64,000 bases of DNA, from assembly GCA_009914755.4 (NCBI GenBank), contig CP068257.2, positions 27,488,001 to 27,552,000 of the forward strand, in the 5' to 3' direction. Each line of letters starts with the position of its first letter. The stretch's first letter is position 1. The translations under genes and the position numbers were made by a program. The notes below the pieces were generated by a model. The model was not told the DNA's origin. It was given only the letters and a program-made list of their open reading frames with translations, and did not search any database. Origin of the DNA: the human T2T-CHM13v2.0 reference genome, Homo sapiens. This document shows, one piece after another, positions 13,795 through 27,872 of the stretch.

Positions 13795-14584
13795 TCAGGG
13801 CCCTAGGCTTGAAGTCTGAACTTTCTCTATTTTCGATGCTGCTTCTCTAAAAGGAAAAATGAAAGCCCTTTCTGTTTTTATACATTTCATAAATGCAAGA
13901 TTTCAAGGAATAGTCAGTGCTTTTCATGGCATCTTGAGTGGCTAGCTCTCAAGACACACGCGTGCAAACCCAAAATCCAGAGGGAAGGAAAATGTATAAT
14001 TTCCTTTCTTTTTTACTCATGCTGCATGTGAGCAGAACAAGTCCTGTTACAATCAACAGCCTCACAAAGAAAATTTCAGTATATAAAGCTTATTTATCTC
14101 AGGCAGTATTAATTTTGGACCAAATAAATGTACTGTTCCCCTGTCAACATTTTAACAGGAACTTAATTTATGTACAGAAAAGAGCCATGGAGAGGTGAAT
14201 CTCCATCTTTGGTTTGCCTGAATAACCTCTTTCTTGAAATACAGGATGTACAACTTGCAATTAATTTGTCACCATTCTTTGAACTCTCTTGGCCCTTGAC
14301 TAGGAGCTCACAGATGTTTTTCATCCATCAGTTTAGACTGGTTTGTTCCAGTGTCTTTCTCTTCTCTTTCAAATGACTCCAGAATGCCCACTTTCAAAAT
14401 CCATGGTTTTTAATAGGTAGCCTCAAAAAAGGATTATAATTTATTTTAAATTATTCCTACCCTCTAGCCCCACCAAAAGATGCTTATGAAAAAACTCCCC
14501 AAATTAAGTATTTTAATCTTATGGTCAGTGTGTCCTCATATCTCTAGAAAGGGCACCTACCTGGAGAACCTAGGGCAGGAGCTG

Positions 14585-14700
14585 AGGTTCAGTGTTTCTC
14601 AACCTTGCCTGATTAAAATCATCACCTGAGAACACTCATTGAAAACACGTGTTCTAAGGCCCCACTCCTATATATTCTGATTCAGGAGACCCATTATTGT
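14585..14700 (+). mobile_element. hAT-Charlie-type MITE fragment (MER5A-like)
   Basis: cagtgtttctcaaccttgcctgattaaaatcatcacctgagaacactcattgaaaacacgtgttctaaggccccactcctatatattctgattcagg resembles MER5A (cagtggttctcaaa...ggccccaccccagacctactgaatcag). Confidence 0.4.
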
Positions 14701-15128
14701 TGTAAGAAGAAAAAGAAAACCTCCTCCTATGTTTTATGCATATCACAAATGCAAGATTTCAAAGAATAGTCAGGGCCCAGGACTCTCTATTTTTGCATAT
14801 ACATGAGGCTGAGTGCACAAAAAGATGCTTTGCAGATATTTGGGACACTCCCTTTAAATTCTTGAATAAGGAACATGTGGAGTGTCACACAGGAAAACAC
14901 TTGCCATCAAGCGAGCTGTGCATGCCTTTTGAATTCCAGTGCATGTGGCCTGCAGACCACACATTTAGGGGGAAACAAAGGAAAACCCCCTAGACTTTCA
15001 TAGTAAATGAGGGCACTAAGGTGGACTTTTTGGGAGTAATTCTACATTGTTGGATTTATTGTTGATGAATAAGCAGAGTCCATGAGAAAAGGAAACATCT
15101 TTGCTTGTGAATGTTGACATGTTCATTT

Positions 15129-15440
15129 TTTTCTTTTCTTTTTTATTTTATTTTTATTTTTGAGACAGAGTCTCTCTCTGTCACCCAGGCTGGCATGCAG
15201 TGGTGCAATATTGGCTCACCGCGACCTCCGCCTCCCTGAGGTGATTCTTCTGCCTGAGCCTCCTGAGTAGCTGGGACTGCAGGCACCCGCCACCAGGCCT
15301 GGCTAATTTTTGTATTTTTAGTAGAGATGGGGTTTCACCTTGTTGGCCAGGCTGGTCTCGAACTCCTGACCTCAAGCAATCGGCCCGCCTCAGCCTCCCA
15401 AAGTGCTGGGATTACAGGCGTGAGCCACCACACCTGGCCC
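15129..15440 (-). mobile_element. Alu SINE (minus) with a 13-bp TSD GACATGTTCATTT (15116-15128 and 15441-15453)
   Basis: T-rich tail, then gagacagagtctctctctgtcacccaggctggcatgcagtggtgcaatattggctcac...ggcgtgagccaccacacctggccc. Confidence 0.9.
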
Positions 15441-17317
15441 GACATGTTCATTTCTGATAAGCCTAGCCTAGTGCTCATTTCATCCAGTCATTTCAGGACT
15501 ATATATTCCTGAGATGATTTAGTGTAGAGGTTAAGGATATGGCTTTACAGCCAGAGAGGCATGATTTCTAGACCTACCTCCAACACTATTTGTATGATCA
15601 TTCCACCTTGCTGAAATTCAGTTTCCTGTAAGATGCGTATAGTAGTAATTCACAGGGTTGTAATAAGAAGCCAATGACATCTTATAGGTAAAGTATTTAG
15701 CAGAGTGCTTGATACAAATTAAGCATTCAACTTACCCCTGAAATTATGATAATTGATTGTGGAGTATAAGGGAAATGTAAACCACTAAGCAGTTGTGTCT
15801 CACCTACATCTCACCTTGATGTCAAGGTAGATTTTATAGCATTACTGACCTGCAGTTATTTAGGGACTAGTTATGCAGTTAATAGATTGTTCATATCCTA
15901 TTTTACCTCTGGGCAATTAGCTGAATTTATTTGGTTTCGGTGTTTCCAGCAGTCTGCCAAAGGTGGGTGGGATGTGCAAAAGAGAACAGCATGACCTCCT
16001 ATGGGCTTTGTAAGGCAAGATGTTTGGAGAAAAGTCTGTGTCACCCAGAGCAGTTAGTAATTGCTTCTTGGAAGAGGTGATAGTCAAACTGGGCTTGAGG
16101 GCAGGTAGAGTATAGAGGAGCAGTACAGGACAGATGCCATTCCTGGGTACTAGATACAAAAAAGGGGCTACATATCTTGTAACCAGTTTTCTTTCTTTTC
16201 CCTCTAAACAGAAAGCAGGAGCAAAACTTAAGAGTCAGGAAGAACATGGTGTGTTCAGAAAAGACTAAAACTAGTCATTTGGAGCAAGACTAAGACTAGT
16301 CCACTGAGCTGTGGAAGAGTAACGTGTTGTCTACCGAGCCCTGCTTGAGTCAGCCATTGTTTTGGATACTTACATAGGGTACTGTTTAGATAGCAATAGA
16401 CTAGGGTTACCAAGTCAATCTTCAAAGTTCAGCAAGGGGTCTGGACTTGATCAAAAGCGATGAAGTGTCAAAAGTCCTTAGAAAAGGGAATAATATGATG
16501 AAAGTGGTAAAAATTTGGCGGAATAGTCTGGAATGTGGAGAGATGAGAGAATGGAAGAGGCATTTTATAATGGTACAAAGTGATGAGAGCCTGCATTAGA
16601 TAATGTAATGGGATGACTTAATTCAGGGTCCATTTTGAAAGAAGGGTTGAAAGGACTTGGTGACAGACTGGCCCTGGTAGATGAGGAGTTGGTCATTTTT
16701 CAGTGATAGCAGAATGAGCTGTAAGACTTTGAATAGAACATGGACCTCCAGAGGTCCTTAAATAAAGGAAACAAGGTTTTGGAGAACACAAATATATATA
16801 TATTCCTTGACAATGCAATCTCCATTTTCAGCCTATCATCAGAGTGCTTTTTAAAGTAAACTTAGCTAATGGTAATTCCCAGAGGCAGTGATGCCTGTCT
16901 TTAATGAGCTAATGATATTAATGATAATCAGTATTATTTCTAAACTGGAAATTTCAAAGAGTCGAAACTTCCTAAACTGGAAACTTCATGGAGTTAATTT
17001 TCTTAATAGAAAAAGTGCAGAAGAAAAATATGAATCCCACCTCTTGGGTTATTCAAGAATCACTGGCCCTTCTCCAGCTAGAGGGAATTTAGAGTTGGAC
17101 AGACATTAGGATTTCATGTCAATTATATGAGACTTTTCTTCATCTTCAGCTAAGCTAAAAACTGGCATGCTCCTTGTAAATTTAGACCTTGGCTTTGGAA
17201 TTCTTTCTGTCTTTTGCATTTTTTAGAATAGTTTTTTGTTTCGCTTAGAAAGAGTCAAGAATACTAGTATCAGCTCAAGCTGGTAGCTTTTAATATTTTG
17301 TTTTTAAAAATTCTTTC

Positions 17318-17590
17318 TGGCCAGGCACGGTGGCTCATACCTATAATCCCAGCACTCTGGGAAGCTGAGCCAGGAGGATCACTTGAGGCCAGGCAAGACC
17401 AGCCTGGGCAACATAATGAGACCTATCTCTATAAAAAAAATCAAAAAATAAGCCAGGTGTGGTGGTGCATGTCTGCAGTCCCAATTCCTGGGGCACTTGC
17501 TTGAGTCCAGAGGATCAAGGCTGCAGTGAGCCATGATTACACCACTGCACTCCAGCCTGGGTGACAGAGCAAAACCCTATCTCAAAAAAG
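17318..17590 (+). mobile_element. Alu SINE (plus, older AluJ-like) with TSD AAATTCTTTC (17308-17317 and 17591-17600)
   Basis: ggccaggcacggtggctcatacctataatcccagcactctgggaagctgagccaggaggatcacttgaggccaggc... Confidence 0.85.
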
Positions 17591-18177
17591 AAATTCTTTC
17601 AAGCTGTTAGAAATTTTTTATATCTGGATATGAATTAATCGTATGACACTTAGTTTTTGTGTTTTTTTTGGTACTCCGGAACCCATACCATTGGTGTCAC
17701 TTTTAAATAATACAATTTTCTCCTCAAATATCAGGATGTTTTGTGTGGTAGGGAGAATTACATGGAGTAGTTGCAATAGCTACCTTTGAATCCAATGCAA
17801 CAAGTTGGGTGTTATGTGAGATCTTTTTGTGTGTACTTCTAAAACTGGCTCTCAGCAAAATTGTGGTGCAGGTGAAGTGTCTTCTTATTTATCATTATTT
17901 TTTAAGGCTAGTCAAGTGAAGCACTGGGAGAAGAGAAGGAACAAAGAAATCTGTAGCTGGTTGTGATTAAGTAGTTGTAAACACCATTATACTCGGACCA
18001 GCCACAAAGTGTCTTTTGTCACTGTCCTCTTCCTTCAACCTTTTCTACCTTCAGTATTATTCCCCTTGTCCTCCTCAGGATCCGAAGTAATCTTCGGATC
18101 TAGTAATCTCTTCTCTCCACACTTTTAATCATTGTTCTCTGGAATAACTGCAAAACCTCATCTGCACTAAGCTATAA

Positions 18178-18503
<326 letters not shown>

Positions 18504-19044
18504 CCATCTCTGGCTTTTTTTTTTTTTTTTTTTTTTTTGGCATATTCACAGGGAACTCTGTAGGAAGTCAAGGGATAAAGTTCCCACTGGGATTTTAGAA
18601 ACCAGGAACCAGGTATTTGCAGGAAACTGAGGCTCAGATAGTCATTATGAACTCTCTCGAATCACCTTCTGTCCCAACATGAGCTTACATTTAAAGCCGC
18701 CTCAGCATGCAGTGACAACATTCAGTCACAAGTGCCTTAAGGGCATGGTGGAAGGTGGGTGTCTCCTGTATTTACATTTCTGATGGAGCACAGAGTTGAG
18801 AACTATAGTAGAAACTGAATTATCAAATACTTATAAAATCAGTAATACACTATCTGTAACAACTTGGGGTTCATTATCCTGGTGTCAGATGAAGAGTCTG
18901 AGATACTATGGGATTTATTGGTTGGAATGTATTACTTAAAGTTGTGAAGAAAGGCCAGAAAGAAGGTGAGTGTTCATTGAGTACTAAGGAGTAGTGCTTT
19001 TACTGGCATCTTCTCATCAATTTAATATTGGCTGCAACCCCACA

Positions 19045-19190
19045 GGAAGGTGCTATTCCATTCATTTTCACAAAAATGGAAATAAATGTTTGCTAAGTGA
19101 GGCGAAGTGACTTGCTTCAAATCATGCAACTAATACATAGAAGGAGGGTTCAAAGCCCGGTCCTCAGGACTGTTACTTCATTGCCCATTT
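19045..19190 (-). mobile_element. MIR SINE relic
   Basis: aaatggaaataaatgtttgctaagtgaggcgaagtgacttgcttcaaatcatgcaactaatacatagaaggagggttcaaagcccggtcctcagg is close to reverse-complement MIR (acagatgaggaaactgaggc..gttaagtgacttgcccaaggtcacacagc). Confidence 0.45.
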
Positions 19191-19399
19191 AGAGGCAGAG
19201 TTCATGTTATGAGAGAAAGCTCAAAGCTTCTTGACAACAAATAGCTTCCCGACAACAAATAGCTTCCCAAAGGCCATGGGGTTGATGGAGGAAGGTTACT
19301 TCTGGTATGTTGTGGTAGGAAAGAAGAAAAGAAGGGGTAAATTTTATTTGGTGGTGTGCTGAAGGATAAATATACTTCCAATAGGCTCTTGTTTGCTCA

Positions 19400-19693
<294 letters not shown>

Positions 19694-19851
19694 CCAATAA
19701 GTTCTTCTTGAGGCAGGTGTTTTTTGGACAGTGAGTATGTTATAACCTAAGTCAGTCAAAATATTCTAACAACAGGATAAATAGACACTCACAAAATGAT
19801 AGCTACAATAATAGTGAATAGGTGTTTCCAAGAAACATAAAATTTGTCCTT

Positions 19852-20222
<371 letters not shown>

Positions 20223-20687
20223 TTAGCCTGACAATTTTAGGTACTGGTTAAGATAACATCATGTTTATTAATTTACAAAGTATTGAAAACCTGCTTTGTC
20301 ATCCCAAATCTCTATCTTTATCCATATCTGTGTTAATATCCACATCCATCTCTATAGCTATACTTGTAATCTTATGGGCCCTGAAAATCCAATGTATATT
20401 AAATAATTCACATCTCTAGTGTTTAATAAGCAGGAAGCAAAGTTTTAAAAAGCTTTTGTTGTGTCTTAAAACTATGTTATACTCTAACAAGGACTTGGGT
20501 ATCTAGCAATTAATTTTTTTTGATATATTGGGAATGTGCATTGGCTACTTTTTATCACATATTTTATTCCTAAAAATAAAATATTAATTTAAATTTAGAT
20601 TTAAAATGACAGTACTCAAAGACCTTTTATGCGTAAGTTAATTTTTTTTTTTTTTACTATCTTTCATATAAAAAGTGTTTGGAAGTA

Positions 20688-20983
<296 letters not shown>

Positions 20984-21414
20984 AGAAGATTCTTAAATTC
21001 AGATTTAAATGAAGAGAGTAAATCCACAAGACCTGAGGTTATGGCTGCATCAGGGAAATCTCCCTTAAGTGGCAGAGGCAGAACTCAGTAATTAGAGTCA
21101 TTGACCTTAACCCTGTGTTTTGCCTTTGTATTATTCAGATGATGAAGAATAATTCCCCACCTCAGAAGTTTAGCTTGATAGAATAGACATGGGTTAGAGG
21201 AAAAAGTGCCACTACTCACATATATACACACACAGCTCCCCTGTCTCCACATTACTCCTTTGGTTGGCTTTATAGTGAAAAAGAATGAAAAATGAACTTA
21301 ATTATATTAAGCATTCATTGTTATTACTGGTTATTTCCTAGGTGCTGGGCTTTAGGCCAGTGATTGACATATACATTGCTTTATCAATACAAATTTTCAG
21401 AGACAGGTAATACC

Positions 21415-21560
21415 CTTCCCATTTTGCAGAGGAGGAAACTGAGTCTCAAGAAGATTATGCCAGTTGTTCACATTCACCAATTAAAAAGTGGCCAACCCGA
21501 GATTCAAATGCAAGTCTGTGTCCTACTGAACGTTGTACTGACCCGCTGTGTTCTTAGTGG
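21415..21560 (-). mobile_element. MIR SINE relic
   Basis: cccattttgcagaggaggaaactgagtctcaagaagattatgccagttgttcacattcacc...gagattcaaatgcaagtctgtgtcctactg. Confidence 0.45.
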
Positions 21561-21828
21561 TTAGGAGCCTTCATAGGCAAACAGTTCCTAGGAAAGTTTC
21601 TGTATGAGCCTCAACACTTAAGCCACTACTCAGATTCACTTGCCTTGTAAGTGTCAGTTTGTCCCTGGTGACCTGCAGGACAATTTACAGGACACCAGCA
21701 CTCAGAGGTCATACTGCAGGTAGAATCAACTTCATAATTTGCAGGACATGGTGCAAAATGAAAATGCAGGGTTCCTCATTCAAAAATTTTTAAGAAATTC
21801 AAGACACTATAGCAGAGCATTAAATTAA

Positions 21829-22345
<517 letters not shown>

Positions 22346-22773
22346 AACCTAAACACTTTTTAACAAGGATTTAGGGCGTCTCAACTTACATCCCAGTTAT
22401 GTCTACGATGGGGAGCACAGTGGGAGGGGGAGATGATTGATTGTAAAACCCAGTGAAGATGCTGTTTAGAACAGTGGTTCTCAAAACCTGGTCTGGCTTT
22501 GATGAAGTTTTCACCCCTCTGATATAAAGAAAGAAAGAAGGGTACGACAGTGAGGTGTTTTGGGTATATGCTTATTTTTATCTGTAAAGCTAAATGTATG
22601 TAATATAATGGCCACTCCTTTACTCTATGATTGCCTTATGATTTTGGTGTTGAAATGTTCTCTCTGTCCTAAAGGGATACTAATGATATCCGGTGGTCAT
22701 TTTTGAATCATCTTCACTAGCTAAATAAAAAGTTGGATGCTCTTAAGACATAATTCCCCATATTTTAGGGAAT

Positions 22774-23086
22774 TTTTTTTTTTTTTTGAGACGGAGTCTA
22801 GCTCTGTTGCCCAGGCTGGAGTGCAAGCAGGGGCTTGATCTTGGCTCACTGCAACCTCCAGTTCTCACTGCAGCCTCCTGGGTTCAAGCGATTCTTCTGT
22901 CTCAGCCTCCCGAGTAGCAGGGACAACAGGCATGTGCCACCAAGCCAGGCTGATTTTTGTATTTTTAGTGGAGACAGGTTTTCACCATGTTGGCCAGGCT
23001 GGTCTCGAACTCCTGACCTCAAGTGATCCTCCTGCCTGGGCCTCCCAAAGTGCTAGGATTACAAGTATGAGTCACTGTGCCCAGCC
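22774..23086 (-). mobile_element. Alu SINE (minus)
   Basis: tttttttttttttgagacggagtctagctctgttgcccaggctggagtgcaagc...caagtatgagtcactgtgcccagcc. Confidence 0.9.
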
Positions 23087-25779
23087 AGAATATTTTGGGG
23101 AAAATTTTACTGGTTCATGTAATACGAGTCTGAGAACCTATGGACTAGTAAGTGAAGAAGAGCGGAGTGGTATGGTGGAAAGAGCCCAGGGCTGGGGGAC
23201 ACCCCTTAGTCTTACATGGCCACGAATCGTGGAGTCTTGGGTGGCTTCTTTCCCTTTTTGGGGTCCTTGTCTTTAGCTCTACTCTGAGGGGGCTGGACCA
23301 GATGGTTGCCTAGTCCTTTCCAGCTTCAATATTCTCTGTTAACTGATTGCTAGCTATCATTGCTAAATAACAGGGAGGATTTGGATTACAGACCCAATGT
23401 GTCCTATTTATTCAAGTTATGGAGAAATACAGAGAAGACAATTGAAGGGAATCTACAAACAAAATAATCCTGAAACCAACCCAACAGCTGCTCAATAGAT
23501 GTTGAAAAGAGCCCATCATCAAATGTACTATGGTACATCATAATGGTTGGGCTGTCAGTAAGAAAGTTCTAGCTTAAGGACGTTGGCTTAGTCACATTGT
23601 ATTTGCCAAACAGGCAGTGAACATCTGTTTATATAAAAAATTTTCCTCTTCTTTCCTTTATATTTCATCCTTTAAAAAATTTCTTAGGATACATTTTGCT
23701 TGGTCTAGTAAGTCTACAGTGCCATTTTGAAGAAGAAGCCTTCAAATTACTTCCTTAATGCATTAAAAATATGATAAAGTGATTTGCCAATTTGCGTAAG
23801 TCTGAGTCCCTGTCTTGCACAATAAATAATTGGTAAATAGATTTTAATAAAAATGTACTTGTGCTGTGATTTTGTCCCATTATAAACATATCAAGCAACT
23901 ATTTTTTTTTTCAAAAAAGCTAAATTTGCTAGAGGGTCTCTTGTACAGCTACTGTACAGTCTACTTTATGCTTCTGGAATTGTCAAAACAAACTTAACTG
24001 CTGTCAGGAACTCCGATCCGGTATCACTGTCAAAATGTTTTACAACGATTCAGCCAAATGTTTTTGGAACAGCTGTGCTACTAGTCAGCCTGAGTCATTT
24101 TCCTTCTTTCCTTTTGGCCCAATCCAGTGATTCATCATCCTGCTTTTAGAATATTTGCCTATTTTTAAAACCAGTCAAAGAAGGCAGCCACTGTTTAAAA
24201 GTAAACACACCACACATCAACTTGGGGCAGCTTTGTAAGCAGCTTCGCAAGCCCTGAAACTTCTGGCTGGTAGGGATGCCAGCTAAACCAGATGGCATCA
24301 AACAGTGAAATACAGGCCTGGCTTTCAGACTTGGTAGGCTTCATACATCTGTCTTTGGTTTTCTTGTTTCCGCTGCTATTTCCTGCTTGGGTTAATCCAA
24401 CTTGATCCATTCTTTAACAAAGGTCTTACTTTTTATTTTGCTTGACTCTCTAAAACATCTATTGTATGTTGATTTCTACGTTAATCAATTAGACTTTTAT
24501 TTCAACTCAAGGAGTCCAATTTGAAGCTACTTTATCTGTAAGTTTATCAGTATGGTCACATATGTGTGAGGTGACATGGCGTGACTATAAATAAGGACGT
24601 CGATTTCCACAACGGGCCTCATTAAGTCTGTTGATACCAGGTGTTTGCTATTTACATTACTGTAGTAAAGTAAATGGATAACTTTTTTTTTTTTAATAAT
24701 TAAGCAGGAAGGAGTGTGACTTCACAGGGGGCAAGGTGGATTAAGTCTCAGGAAGCCTTAAGATTCATTCCTGGCTGTCTTCTAGAATTCTAGAATGTCT
24801 CAGCTGCTCTCATACTTTACAGAGTGGTTTCTCCTTCCAACAAGTGCCTGCTTGTCTATGATTATTAGGGTTGGGATGCACAAGTACAGTGTGTTCCCAT
24901 TTACCTTTGCCAAATCATTCTGGCCTTGGACCCAATGAGCTAAAATGGTCGTGATGTCTAGGTTATTAAACTTGTACTGCAGTGAATGTAAACGCACTTA
25001 AGAACAAAATCAGTTTCACAAAGCATAGGTTTTATAATGAAGCCTACCTCTAAAGGTTCAGTGGTGACAAGTGTATTATTTTTGCCTTTTGTCCAATTCT
25101 TTGCAAACATTGGGGTGGATTTAACAAGGCACAGTAATTGGCAGAATTTGTCACTTCTGGTCTAAGTAGAGCATTCAAAGGGCCTTGGGACTGAATCTCA
25201 GTTCCTCTGAAGACTGTCCTCTAACCTGCAGCAAGGGGCTTGGGAAATTTCTCAGTTTTTACTTGTTCTGTGAGCTAAAGTTAAGTGATATCACTGAATC
25301 TGAGGACACCCATTGTCTAGCATAGGAGCAGATACAAAACAGATTCAAATTTGGTGATGCATTGTCATTATTTTAAACTACTTTTAAATGGAAGTATTGT
25401 TATACTACTCTTGACTAAAATATACCAGAGACTATTAAGTGATATGACCCTTGAGGGGTTTGGTCAAAGTGAATACCATGCTTGTTTAAATTATCTTTTT
25501 GGTGATTATCTTCGATGCTTTCAATGCCTTAGATGCCAGAAATGCCTTGTGTACTGCATTTTATTCTGGACTGTACTATCAGCACATTGGGAGAGGATAC
25601 TTGTTTCCACATTGTATGTGGCCCATGTCACTTCCTCTAGTTCAAAAAGAACACCAACAAGTTTTTATCAAGAAATTTGGTGATGACTATGAAAACATAA
25701 AAACTGTTATCTTTTCTTGCTTTATTATAATTTAAAATAGCTTTGGTTTTTAAATTATTTTTTCACCTTATATTTTGCA

Positions 25780-26930
25780 TACATACTGTATATGCATAGT
25801 ATGTGTACTGTATATGCATATGTGTACTGTAAATGTATATATGTATAGGTACTATATATGTATATGTACTGTATATGTATGTGTACTATATGTATAAGTG
25901 TACTGCATATGTAGTATATGCACTGTATCTGTACTGTATACATATATGCACTGTATATGTATCTGCACTGTGTATGTGTACTGTATGTATGTACTGTATA
26001 TGCATATGTACTGTACTGCATATATATGTATACAGTATATGTATATGTACTGCATATGTATCTGTATTGTATCTGTATGTGTACTGTACATATCTTATTG
26101 TATCTGTACTGTATACATGTGTACTGTATATGCATCTGTACTGTATCTCTATTATATATGTATATGTGTACTGTATCTGTATTGTATATGTATGTGTACT
26201 GTGTATGTATCTGTACTGTATGTATATGTGTACTGTATATGTATCTGTACTATACCTGTACTGTATGTGTGTACTGTATATGTATCTGTACTGTCTCTAT
26301 TGTATATGTATGTGTATGTGTACTGTATGTGTATTTGTATTGTATATGTATGTGTACTGTGTATGTATGTATCTGTGCTGTATCTATATGTGTACTGTAT
26401 ATATCTAACTGTATCTGTACTGTATATGTGTACTGTATAAACCTAACTGTATCTGTACTGTATATATGTGTACTGTATATCTGTACTGTATCTCTATTAT
26501 ATGTATGTGTATGTGTACTGTATCTGTATTGTATATGTATGTGTACTGTGTATGTATCTGTACTGTATCTCTATTATATATTATATATGTTTGTGTATGT
26601 GCATGTGTACTGTATGTGTATTGCATATGTATATGTACTGTATATGTATCTGTACTATACCTGTACTGTATGTATATGTGTACTGTATATGTATCTGTGC
26701 TATATCTCTATTATATATGTATGTGTAGGTATACTGTATGTGTGTCTGTATTTTATATGTATGTACTGTATATGTATCTGTACTGTACCTGTACTGTATG
26801 TATATGTGTACTGTATATATACCTGTACTGTATCTCTATTATATATGTATGTGTAGGTATACTGTATGTGTACTGTATATGTATCTGTACTGTACCTTTA
26901 CTGTACATATATGTGTACTGTGTATGTACT
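25780..26930. repeat. Complex TG/TA-rich minisatellite about 1.15 kb long. Degenerate 19-21 bp subunits (consensus roughly TGTACTGTATATGTATCTG / TGTGTACTGTATATGTATG) are arranged in a higher-order period of about 130-190 bp, marked by recurring CTCTATTATATATGTATGTGTA and CTATACCTGTACTGTATG blocks. Cytosine is almost absent outside CTG and CAT.
   Basis: Read directly: long runs of tgtactgtatatgtatctgtactgtatctctattatatatgtatgtgta... with repeating blocks at about 26145, 26295, 26490, 26565, 26705 and 26835. Confidence 0.9.
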
Positions 26931-27700
26931 AGGGTAGGGATTGGAAATGAGTGGCCAATGGACCTTAGAGCCAGAGAGTACCTGGAGATAATGGAAGTTC
27001 TGCTTTCTAGCACCAAGGCTCGGTCAGCACTATGTTCTTGAAGAGATTGGGGGTGACTTGGATATTTTGACCCATATTTTGGTCAGGTTTCCTCAAATGC
27101 TTCTTAGAACTGCATCTTGCCATCCAGCAACAGCTGCCTATTGCCAACCAGTCAACGTAAGCATGAGTTAGGAGGTCTTTCGGGACTCTCTGGGCTCTGG
27201 CGCTCCCCAACAAAGCTGTGAATTCTGCTGCAGGGTAGGAGTGCTGCCTGGTGTATTGGAAAGAAACGCCCCATTTGGGTTGCTGCCTGCTTCTCACTGT
27301 AACCCAGAATGAGTTTCTGGTTAACTGCCTGTTAGTGTGGTTTGTGGTAGGAGCAGACAGCAATACCATCACAGCTTGTGGCACTTGGAGTCATTCAGAG
27401 CAGAACGAATGCTTCTACTTTTCACTAACATGTTCTCCTGTCCCATTAAAGTCCTTCTGGCCACCTCATTAGCACCTTGTTAAAGCATTTTGTTTCATAT
27501 CATATTTTTTGGTTTTGGCCAATGTAAGAGTATTGAAAGACAAGCAGTCCTTCTTAATTGGAGAGCTGCCAGCCTGGACATTTGAGGATTCTGATATTTG
27601 CTTGCAAAATTTTGTTCAGGCGACCTAAGCTCTCCACGCATCTGTGTGTACAGAAAATGAGCAAAATTGTCCTTTACATTCTGTCTGTCCCCAACTGAAG

Positions 27701-27872
27701 TGATGAAATGACTGAAACAGTGTATACTGATGGTCTAACTCTGGGGGAGTCCAAGGACTCCTACAAGAAAGAGCTCCATAGTGAAGAATCATTTTATTTC
27801 CTTGTTTTAGATGATACACCCCCTGAAGACTCCATTCCTTTGGTCTTTCCAGAATTAGACCAGCAGCTACAG
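27701..27872 (+). CDS. MAP3K7CL: Coding exon of the TAK1-like gene. The acceptor is cccaactgaag|TGATGAAATG. ATG at 27708 (short-isoform start) opens MTETVYTDGLTLGESKDSYKKELHSEESFYFLVLDDTPPEDSIPLVFPELDQQLQ. The donor is CTACAG|gtaagg and the exon ends in phase 0. An internal alternative acceptor ttccttgttttag|ATGATACACC at 27811 gives a 62-nt exon (D)DTPPEDSIPLVFPELDQQLQ that is phase-compatible with the 11924-12032 exon.
   Basis: Canonical splice sites. 55 codons, exactly open from the ATG to the donor. ...DSIPLVFPELDQQLQ matches TAK1 ...DNSIPMAYLTLDHQLQ. It is in phase with the next exon. Confidence 0.6.

Noticed and set aside
25780-26930. Considered whether the regularly spaced approximately 20-bp repeats could be a CRISPR-like array
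   Set aside because: There are no unique spacers between repeats. The units are degenerate head-to-tail copies. The sequence context is primate, with Alus on both sides. It is a eukaryotic minisatellite.
25755-27041. Very long ORFs on both strands (126-312 aa, e.g. 25918-26856) encoding C/Y/V/L/M-rich 'proteins'
   Set aside because: They lie entirely within the TG/TA-rich minisatellite. The absence of stop codons is a compositional artefact (no TAA, TAG or TGA arise in most frames of TGTA/TGTG repeats). The peptides are low complexity.
27007-27384. 125-aa minus-strand ORF just upstream of the 27701 exon
   Set aside because: It has no splice-site context, no recognisable domain or homology, and an average intronic composition. 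It is probably a chance ORF.
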